A stretch of DNA of 38,034 nucleotides, taken from positions 1-38,034 of the IMG/VR virus record IMGVR_UViG_3300023099_000006; one strand, given 5' to 3'. The position numbers and the translations under genes were made by a program. Shown piece after piece: positions 18,834 through 25,900 of this stretch. Positions within the stretch are counted from its first letter, which is position 1. Each line of letters starts with the position of its first letter. The notes under the pieces were generated by a model. That model was not told where the DNA came from and did not search any database. It saw only the letters and a program-made list of their open reading frames with translations. The DNA comes from a virus.

Positions 18834-19328
18834 ATGACAAAACGCAAGAAAAAAATCCTCTATGTAGTAGGAGGTTTATTTCTAATAGGATTAATCTTAT
18901 TAGGTTTTAGATACTATAAATATACTTATAAAAAAATATTTACTTACAAATCGAACATTAGTACTTTCTATAAATATGATCTTAATTGCTCCATTGAACA
19001 TTCATCGGGATTTTATAATCCTCCAGAGAGTTACTACACTGAGTTTACAGGTCTTGAAGAAGGAGGTCTTAAATTTACATTTAAAGATTTAACACAAGAC
19101 AATGTTACTTTTCTTATTAGTGATGCAAATGGAGTTCAAGATGGTGAGTTAGTGAAAATTGTTGATACTGATGTAGCAATTCAGCTAATTAGAACGTGGT
19201 CTACAGATGAAAGTGGAATTGAATTATTTACTATCTATAAGAAAACAGGATTCTTTAGTTACGCAAAGTCTGGCGAATATTACCTATTAGGAACGGTTGC
19301 AAAAACAGCATTTGGAACTTGTCACTAA
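18834..19328 (+). CDS. N-terminally membrane-anchored or secreted protein (164 aa)
   Basis: MTKRKKK followed by hydrophobic ILYVVGGLFLIGLILLGF, then a beta-rich domain with Cys52 and Cys163. Confidence 0.65.
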   Translation: MTKRKKKILYVVGGLFLIGLILLGFRYYKYTYKKIFTYKSNISTFYKYDLNCSIEHSSGFYNPPESYYTEFTGLEEGGLKFTFKDLTQDNVTFLISDANGVQDGELVKIVDTDVAIQLIRTWSTDESGIELFTIYKKTGFFSYAKSGEYYLLGTVAKTAFGTCH

Positions 19329-19342
19329 AAATAATCAAACTG

Positions 19343-19362
19343 GCTCCTTCGGGAGCTTTTTT
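19343..19362 (+). terminator. Rho-independent terminator (GCTCC-TTCG-GGAGC followed by T6)
   Basis: Stem 19343..19347 / 19352..19356 with a TTCG tetraloop. T-run at 19357..19362. Confidence 0.8.
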
Positions 19363-19370
19363 GTTATAAT
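19362..19370 (+). promoter_or_regulatory. Extended -10 element TGTTATAAT, 6 nt upstream of ATG 19377 (possible leaderless mRNA)
   Basis: TG at 19362..19363 and TATAAT at 19365..19370. The A of the ATG lies 7 nt after the hexamer. No good -35 is present. Confidence 0.35.
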
Positions 19371-19376
19371 TCTCCC

Positions 19377-19628
19377 ATGATTCCCCTACCTAATCGAGAA
19401 AAATTCATCAAACTACTTAAAGGTGGTATGGATATAAGAAACGCTTGTAAGGAAGCTTCCATAACTCGCTCAAACCTCTATAAGTACTTTAAAGATATGC
19501 CAGGATTCCGTACAGAAGTAGATGCTATAGTTTCTGAAGTATCTCTTAAGTCCGAGACACAAAAAAAGCTCCAAGAAGAAGCTAATTTGTTAGAGATCAA
19601 GAAGATGATTTTGAATCGGAAGAGATAA
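19377..19628 (+). CDS. Small helix-turn-helix DNA-binding protein (83 aa)
   Basis: DIRNACKEASITRSNLYKYFKD resembles the ...(S/T)RSTLYRYF HTH recognition pattern. Basic C-terminal helix. Confidence 0.55.
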   Translation: MIPLPNREKFIKLLKGGMDIRNACKEASITRSNLYKYFKDMPGFRTEVDAIVSEVSLKSETQKKLQEEANLLEIKKMILNRKR

Positions 19629-20159
19629 TTAAACTATAATTCCTAACCTGTCACTTTTAATATGGCTGAACTTAATAATGGGTATTTGTGTATGAAAATA
19701 TGAATGTAAGTTAACTTCATCAGTCAGTATCACAAGATTATTTTCCTTGGCTATTTCTACTAATGAAATATCAGTAAAACCGAAATCATGAATTGTTCTA
19801 AAATTTAGAGATAAGACTTTTTCTAATGGAAAATGAAGTTCTTTAAATCCCCTAAGCTTGTCTAAGAATTTTGTAAGATAGATATGAAAATGCGGACTCT
19901 TAACTTTTATTTTAGCCTGATTAGATATTTCAGCTAAAATAGATGGAGTAATAATTATCTCTGGTTTAAAATGAGAGATAAGTTCTAATAAAATATCGAA
20001 ATCTTCGGCGGTATATTTAGACTTAACTAATTCACATTCGCAAATATAATCCTTATTATAGATTCCTATAAGTAATAAGTGCAGTATATTCGTATCAATT
20101 AAAAGTCCAACCTTACCATACTTGGTACGATATTTTTTAATGTCATCAAACGAGTACAC
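19629..20159 (-). CDS. PIN-like nuclease (176 aa), putative toxin/effector
   Basis: LLIDTNIL (Asp22), TPSILAEISN (Glu77), FGFTDISLVEIAKENNLVILTDE (Asp130, Asp147) match the order of the four acidic PIN residues. Confidence 0.6.
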   Translation of the reverse strand: MYSFDDIKKYRTKYGKVGLLIDTNILHLLLIGIYNKDYICECELVKSKYTAEDFDILLELISHFKPEIIITPSILAEISNQAKIKVKSPHFHIYLTKFLDKLRGFKELHFPLEKVLSLNFRTIHDFGFTDISLVEIAKENNLVILTDEVNLHSYFHTQIPIIKFSHIKSDRLGIIV

Positions 20160-20165
20160 GTTTTA

Positions 20166-20426
20166 TTAAACTTTTCTGATCACCATTGAAAGAACTGTTC
20201 CCTCAGGAGTCACTTCAAAGTCTTTATATTCTCTCTGTTTGTCAAAAGCAAAATCACCAGTTATATCATAACTTAAAGTAATTTTATAATTCCCTCCTGC
20301 ATGAGTTAAAGCTTCTTCTAATCTAAAATTAGAAATTTTTTCTTTACTAGTTCCACTTGCCGCAAGTGCTGTAATTAAATATTCTAGAGCTCCGTTAACA
20401 GCAAGTGACAATGTTTCTTTTGACAT
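20166..20426 (-). CDS. 86-aa partner protein upstream of the PIN-like gene (antitoxin/regulator candidate; fold not recognised)
   Basis: ORF track. 6-nt gap to the PIN gene on the same strand. I see no RHH, AbrB, Phd or HTH motif. Confidence 0.6.
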   Translation of the reverse strand: MSKETLSLAVNGALEYLITALAASGTSKEKISNFRLEEALTHAGGNYKITLSYDITGDFAFDKQREYKDFEVTPEGTVLSMVIRKV

Positions 20427-20591
20427 ATATTCTCGTTATTTTTTGATTAGTCTTCGTATAGATATTCTATCACGATTGAGCCGCAAGCATAACAGATATG
20501 CACTACTTAAGCAATTAAGACACAAATTTTTTAATGTACTATTCCCCTCCTCTACTTGCCCATTTCATAGGTTGAGGACACTTACTATATC

Positions 20592-20700
20592 TTTTACGAC
20601 ATATATACAATAAAATAACCTTTAATCCCCTACCGCTATTCATAACGGTATTTTAACAATTCATGACTTTAACGTCAATACAATTATTATTTTACGACAT
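20592..20700. repeat. 11-bp direct repeat TTTTACGACAT (20592..20602 and 20690..20700) in the 347-bp divergent intergenic region
   Basis: Exact match read from the sequence. No ORF of useful length on either strand in 20427..20773. Confidence 0.7.
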
Positions 20701-20773
20701 TAGAGGTCCACCTTGTTTGCACCTCCCTTCCAACACATGTATACTGATGTTAATATAATACCCTAACTAAAAA

Positions 20774-23700
20774 ATGGATAAAGAACCAATAGAAATTAAG
20801 ATTACAGGAGATTTTGTAAAGACCAACGACTTCTTAAAGGTCAACGAAACAATCCTAGCTCTCATCAAAAAAGCTAAGAATGAAGGCGATACTTCAATGG
20901 AAGTAAAACTCCGTGAAGTGTGGAATGCTCTCACCGCTCTAAACGATTCTTATACCCAGATATCAAGCAATCTAGGTCTCACAGCAAAAAAACAGGAAGA
21001 AAAGATGAACTCGATTAAAAACGAGATTCTTTCGACTATCTCCGACTTTAAAAAGACATTCAGCAAGGAACTCTACAACAAGGCCGACATCGGGGAAATA
21101 CCAGAAGAACTTACGTCAGACCAACTCAAGGAAAAGCTTAAAGGAAAATTGTCGCTGGCTGACATAACCGACGGTAATATTCTCATTGACAAGAAAACCT
21201 TTGAAATGGCTATCATCGAGATAGGTGGAAAGCTGCAAGTGGTTGAAAAACGTACAGCTAAAGGTTATGGAGCACTCGGAGGTGGTTCTGAAGGTACTGG
21301 TTCCCTATTCTTGTCACGGCTTCGTGACGTCGATGTCACAGGTCTCCCCTTCATAAACGGTAAATATAAACTTTATAACCCTGGCGGTGGAGGAGGTTCT
21401 GCAGTATGGGGTGATATAACAGGAACCATTACAGACCAAACAGACCTTGTCGCTTACATAGCTTCACAAGTGTCTGCATCATCATTTTGGTCACGAGATA
21501 GTATAAATGGTGATATTTATCCTACTACTCTTACTGATATGGTATCTATTGGTAGTAACACTGCCACACATTCATTGACGTTAGGTTCAACAGCAACAGG
21601 GTATGCTGACTACAATACCGTAGACCAAACTACTAACTACGAACGTGCTCGTGGAGCATGGGTAAGTAACGTCTATACAATCACAACAGAGAGTGGTGGA
21701 ACTGGGGTAAACAGAAACCTTATTTTAACTGCTGGTTCAGGCACAGCACGAGCTCTCACTGTAAGAGGTATTCCTACTATATTAGGTGCAGTAACAGCTA
21801 TTGGTTCATCTGGTACTGGATCAATAAGCTCATTCGGAATAACTGGAACATTAAGTGCTTCTAGTAACATCCAACAAGGTCTTTCAATCTTTAATTCTAT
21901 TTCTCAGACTGGTACTGCTGGTTATCGTTCAATATTTGTATCTACATTTGAAAATACACTAGGTTCAGGATCAAAATATTTGATAGACCTCGGTACAAAC
22001 TCTGCAGCTAACGGTGCTGGAACACACACTTCATTATTTGTTGTCACAAACCAAGGTAATACTGGTATAGCTACATCAATACCTACTTCAACAAACGGCG
22101 GTATTGATATTGCATCTGGCGGATTTGGTCTAATAATTGGTGCAGACAATAATGCCTCAACTCGAACCAATGCTACAGCGAAACTCGCTCGTATAGGTGG
22201 TTATCATTACACAAACACTGAAGAACCTATAACGTTTATGACGATGAACGCTGCGTCAGGCGGTAATAATCTTAACATTGGTGGAGGTTCAGGAATCATG
22301 AACTCTGCAACGCAGATAGATTTCTATACAGGAGCAAACAGTACTACTCTCAATGGACTTTCTCGAATGACCATTACAAGCGCTGGTTTGGTCGGATTCA
22401 TGACTCAAGCTCCTACTCACAACATAACGATGAGTAGTACTTCAAATGGAATAGCTGACTACAATACCGCGGATCAGACCACAAACTATGAACGTGTTGT
22501 CCATCAGTGGAGTGGTAGTGTCTATTCTTTATCAGCAAATGCAGGTGGTACAGGAGTGCAACGTACCATCTCGACCATTGTTCAAGGAACCGTCCTTTCT
22601 GTAAACAACGCAGGAATCAGTACTACCATAGGAGGAGTAGACATCAGTCGAAGTGGAGCACATGGATTTCTTTTCTCCCTTGGTGGAGTTATTAACTCAG
22701 CGTTAATTCTTCAAAACATTCAATCAATATTCCCCAGTGTTAGCCAGTCTGGTACCGCAGGTTATCGAACATTGTGGATTTCACCGTATGAACAAACAAC
22801 GGGATCTGGTATTAAATACCTCATTGATGCAGGAACGAACAGCGCGGGTGGCGGTACAGGCACACATACATCTAAATTTATTGTTGATAACAGCGGTAAC
22901 ATGCTTTCAGCTGCTTCCGTTTACCATAACTTCGGGACTACCATCGGTACCACAGGATATGGTTTCCGTGACAACGCTGGAACGATGGAATACAAGAACT
23001 CAGGTGGATCATGGACGGCGTTCTCAGGTGGTGGAGGTACTCCAGGAGGCTCTACTACACAGCTTCAATACAACAACGCAGGCGCGTTTGGTGGAATTTC
23101 AGGCGCTACTACAAACGGTACATCCGTAACGTATACAGCAAATAATCTTATCGCTACAAGTCCTAGATTTATTACGTCAATAGACGATACTAATGGTAAT
23201 GAGTTGCTAGTTTTCGCTCCTTCTGCTTCTGCAGTTAATGAATTAACATTTTCAAACGGTGCAACGGGCAGTGCTCCTAAATTTATAGCTTCTGGTTCCG
23301 ATACGAACATTGGGATTGATTTCATGATGAAAGGTAATGCTACTATTAACTTTCTCGGTACATCTACTAAACAGGCTAGTTTTACCCTTTTTGAACAAAC
23401 GACAAACGGTTTTGATGGTATTGTTTTTCAAGCACCAGCTTCTATAACTACTTTTAGAATTCAAACCCTACAAGACGCAGACGGAACAGTAGCATTGACA
23501 CTTCCTTACGGCGCAAAAGCCTATAGAAACACGAGCGTACAGTCGATTCCTAACAACACGACGACTAAAATTCAGCTAAATGCTGAGGATTGGGACTTGT
23601 CTAATGAATTTGATCCGACCACTAACTATCGCTATACCGCCACTACCGCTGGTTACTACATGATTACTTGCGCGGTGAAATGGAACTCTGCAACTTCTGG

Positions 23701-23923
23701 TCAGTACTTCCAGATCGAAGTTCAAAAGAACGCCTCTACTGGACCTCTATTGATCGGTCAATATTCTGGAGGTTCGGGCACTCTGGTCATGTCTGGATCT
23801 AGCATGGTTCAGCTCGGCATCGGCGATTATCTCGAACTGTACGCCTACCAGACTTCTGGTTCGGCAAAGGACATCGGAAACGCTTCAAACGGCACCTTCA
23901 TGACGATCCAGCGAGTATACTAA
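20774..23923 (+). CDS. Tail fibre / receptor-binding protein (1049 aa) with a C1q/TNF-like C-terminal domain
   Basis: N-terminal coiled coil. WGDITGTITDQTDLVAYI is a fibre-type motif. G/S/T-rich beta repeats. C-terminus ...YRYTATTAGYYMITCAV...QIEVQKNAS...LGIGDYLELYAY...GTFMTIQRVY matches the C1q-like jelly-roll pattern. Confidence 0.8.
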   Translation: MDKEPIEIKITGDFVKTNDFLKVNETILALIKKAKNEGDTSMEVKLREVWNALTALNDSYTQISSNLGLTAKKQEEKMNSIKNEILSTISDFKKTFSKELYNKADIGEIPEELTSDQLKEKLKGKLSLADITDGNILIDKKTFEMAIIEIGGKLQVVEKRTAKGYGALGGGSEGTGSLFLSRLRDVDVTGLPFINGKYKLYNPGGGGGSAVWGDITGTITDQTDLVAYIASQVSASSFWSRDSINGDIYPTTLTDMVSIGSNTATHSLTLGSTATGYADYNTVDQTTNYERARGAWVSNVYTITTESGGTGVNRNLILTAGSGTARALTVRGIPTILGAVTAIGSSGTGSISSFGITGTLSASSNIQQGLSIFNSISQTGTAGYRSIFVSTFENTLGSGSKYLIDLGTNSAANGAGTHTSLFVVTNQGNTGIATSIPTSTNGGIDIASGGFGLIIGADNNASTRTNATAKLARIGGYHYTNTEEPITFMTMNAASGGNNLNIGGGSGIMNSATQIDFYTGANSTTLNGLSRMTITSAGLVGFMTQAPTHNITMSSTSNGIADYNTADQTTNYERVVHQWSGSVYSLSANAGGTGVQRTISTIVQGTVLSVNNAGISTTIGGVDISRSGAHGFLFSLGGVINSALILQNIQSIFPSVSQSGTAGYRTLWISPYEQTTGSGIKYLIDAGTNSAGGGTGTHTSKFIVDNSGNMLSAASVYHNFGTTIGTTGYGFRDNAGTMEYKNSGGSWTAFSGGGGTPGGSTTQLQYNNAGAFGGISGATTNGTSVTYTANNLIATSPRFITSIDDTNGNELLVFAPSASAVNELTFSNGATGSAPKFIASGSDTNIGIDFMMKGNATINFLGTSTKQASFTLFEQTTNGFDGIVFQAPASITTFRIQTLQDADGTVALTLPYGAKAYRNTSVQSIPNNTTTKIQLNAEDWDLSNEFDPTTNYRYTATTAGYYMITCAVKWNSATSGQYFQIEVQKNASTGPLLIGQYSGGSGTLVMSGSSMVQLGIGDYLELYAYQTSGSAKDIGNASNGTFMTIQRVY
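21570..22905 (+). repeat. Diverged in-frame internal duplication within the fibre gene, period about 849 nt (283 aa)
   Basis: GCTGACTACAATACCG occurs at 21605 and 22454. At protein level ADYNT(V/A)DQTTNYER...GGTGV(N/Q)R and SQ(T/S)GTAGYR...GSG(S/I)KYLID(L/A)GTNSA...GTHTS occur in both units. Confidence 0.8.
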
Positions 23924-24038
23924 CAGCCTGCAAATCGACAGGGATTAGGACACACAGAGTGCTTTCTAACTCCTGTCTGTTTGTCAAAGGAATAAGAGTC
24001 ATGACCAGCAGACAGGGTTAAAAGTAATCTTATTCAAA

Positions 24039-24614
24039 ATGTCAGTATACAAATTCTTTCCCAACCTAGTAGCAATTCAGGACTTAGGTCTCAATGCCGA
24101 CATGTCGGTTCGATTTTCAATTTACGACGGAAGCGTGATGTCAGCCGAGGATCGCGTAATCTTTTCCATAGCGGGAGTCACGAACAACCTGCAGTTCAAG
24201 GGAGCGATGGATGCCGCGATGCTTCATTACGCAAACGTCGACCACAGTTACGGAATGACGATAGACGACATCATCTGGGATTCGATACCAGACCTTGCGA
24301 CAACTACCATGCCAGGTCTCCTATCGGCTTCAGACAAGGTCAAGCTTAATTCGCTTAAACGCACTGAAAAATATTCTGGAACGACCAATTCTTCAGGCAT
24401 ATACACGGTGACATTCGGGACAGCTTTCTCAGCAGCTCCAAATATTCAGGCCAACATAATCGGAGCGACCGACACGCAAAACCTTCGCATCACAAGCATT
24501 TCAACTACTGGCTTCACGGTCACTGTAAGAAATCGTACTGATGTCGTCGGCTTGCTTCCTACATGGTCAAACGTGAACGGAGCGAACGTGGACGTACTAA
24601 TTACAGAAAAATAA
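24039..24614 (+). CDS. Second fibre-like / carbohydrate-binding-like protein (191 aa)
   Basis: MPGLLSASDKVKLNSL is the common fibre GLMSxxDKxKL-type motif. C-terminus YTVTFGTAFSAAPNIQANIIGATD...ITSISTTGFTVTV resembles an H-type-lectin beta-sandwich. Confidence 0.5.
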   Translation: MSVYKFFPNLVAIQDLGLNADMSVRFSIYDGSVMSAEDRVIFSIAGVTNNLQFKGAMDAAMLHYANVDHSYGMTIDDIIWDSIPDLATTTMPGLLSASDKVKLNSLKRTEKYSGTTNSSGIYTVTFGTAFSAAPNIQANIIGATDTQNLRITSISTTGFTVTVRNRTDVVGLLPTWSNVNGANVDVLITEK

Positions 24615-24687
24615 ATCACACAACCATAGGATTAACGTCCTGTGGAGACATCTTTAACTCCGAAGGGTCTCCCTAGAAACACAAACT

Positions 24688-24972
24688 ATGCAAGAAATAA
24701 AAAGAAAAAACGAAATAGAAATCAATAAATCAGCCGTAGTTAACAATGGAGTTGCTGTATTTGATTTAGGAACGGTATTTAAGACTATCTACAAAGACAG
24801 TGCGGAGTTCAGCACTCATAACTCAAAGTTTGTATATAGTTTTAGTGACTGTGAAATAAATGGTACAATTATGACCGTAAGAATACAGAAACTCGGCACT
24901 TCTGTAGGACCAGTACAACTCTACAGCCCAGCGAACAACATTAAAATTTATTTAACAATAAAAGCAATATGA
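24688..24972 (+). CDS. Hypothetical protein (94 aa)
   Basis: ORF track. Confidence 0.6.
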   Translation: MQEIKRKNEIEINKSAVVNNGVAVFDLGTVFKTIYKDSAEFSTHNSKFVYSFSDCEINGTIMTVRIQKLGTSVGPVQLYSPANNIKIYLTIKAI

Positions 24973-25178
24973 ATCACGAAACAACTACAGAATCAGAAGT
25001 AATAGACGGATGGGTCAAGACCACAGTAACCTCATGGGTTGAACAGCCAGACCGTGTTGAAGAACTTACCAAGCGAAAGGCACAGCTTGAAGCTTCCCTT
25101 GCCAATACTGAAAACCAAAAGACATCAATCATTGATGAAATCGAAGCAGTAAACGAGGAACTTGAAAGCTACGAATAA
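24969..25178 (+). CDS. Hypothetical acidic coiled-coil protein (69 aa)
   Basis: ORF track. ATGA overlap with the upstream gene. Confidence 0.6.
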   Translation: MNHETTTESEVIDGWVKTTVTSWVEQPDRVEELTKRKAQLEASLANTENQKTSIIDEIEAVNEELESYE

Positions 25179-25179
25179 C

Positions 25180-25371
25180 ATGCAGAAGATACCAAAGAAA
25201 AGTAACCTGATCTACATTAATGTCCAGGCAATAAGAAACAATACCAAGGTGATGATAGCCCTTATTCTTGCCATCTGTGTCATCGGAGCGGTTATTATTG
25301 GTGCACAGACGACAGTACGTTACGCGAAACCTATTTCTAATTTACTCCCCCATTATGGAACCTATGAATAA
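25180..25371 (+). CDS. Small membrane protein (63 aa from ATG 25180)
   Basis: Track ORF 25162..25371. ATG 25180 follows the upstream stop. One TM segment (VMIALILAICVIGAVIIGA). Confidence 0.5.
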   Translation: MQKIPKKSNLIYINVQAIRNNTKVMIALILAICVIGAVIIGAQTTVRYAKPISNLLPHYGTYE

Positions 25372-25507
25372 ACCATTCTTTGTAATTTCTTGTATCGTTT
25401 TGTCAATAATCCTTATTCTTGATATTATAAGTGTGATAAAGACATTTCATTTTCAGAATCAACTAATAAACGTGTATGAAACTAACAAGCAAAATCAAAG
25501 TCAGTAA
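25364..25507 (+). CDS. Small membrane protein (47 aa)
   Basis: ATG 25364 overlaps the upstream stop (ATGAATAA). TM segment FFVISCIVLSIILILDIISVI. The long track form from 25268 overlaps the previous gene. Confidence 0.4.
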   Translation: MNKPFFVISCIVLSIILILDIISVIKTFHFQNQLINVYETNKQNQSQ

Positions 25508-25610
25508 AAAACTCCCAGTTTCTAAGGCAGTTAATTTTTCTAAAAAGAAAAAAGCGCCTAAAGCTGATCCGAATAAGAAATATAAGGACAGTTATCCTGC
25601 CTACGCATAA
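25476..25610 (+). CDS. Possible small lysine-rich protein (44 aa)
   Basis: Hand-translated MKLTSKIKVSKKLPVSKAVNFSKKKKAPKADPNKKYKDSYPAYA. Its stop overlaps the next ATG (TAATG). Overlaps the previous ORF by 32 nt. Confidence 0.3.
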   Translation: MKLTSKIKVSKKLPVSKAVNFSKKKKAPKADPNKKYKDSYPAYA

Positions 25611-25900
25611 TGTTGTACCAATACCTAAACATATTCATAGCGTTTCAAGTAATGTGTTTGGTATTTGCAACCTCTTTTACTATCTCTAATACTTTTACCT
25701 TTAAAAATACTGAATGGTTCCCTATTTATTGCTTTTATTTAACAGCACTCGGTACCCACACACTTCGTAGAATTATGGTACTTGTTCAAGGAATACCCGC
25801 AGCAACAACCAGTGACGCGATGGTTTGGCAGACAATAATAGCCGTTAGTTTTCTTATTTGTTCAGCTATGACTTATGGTCTTTTAAATCCTAAAAAATGA
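25610..25900 (+). CDS. Multi-pass membrane protein, holin candidate (96 aa)
   Basis: About three hydrophobic segments. Located in the lysis neighbourhood. Confidence 0.4.
   Translation: MLYQYLNIFIAFQVMCLVFATSFTISNTFTFKNTEWFPIYCFYLTALGTHTLRRIMVLVQGIPAATTSDAMVWQTIIAVSFLICSAMTYGLLNPKK

Noticed and set aside
21673-23464. ORFs inside or antisense to the fibre gene (21673..21870-, 21922..22170-, 22737..23129+, 23065..23325-, 23252..23464-)
   Set aside because: They are embedded in a 1049-aa ORF with clear fibre motifs. The repetitive G/S/T coding sequence readily produces open shadow frames.
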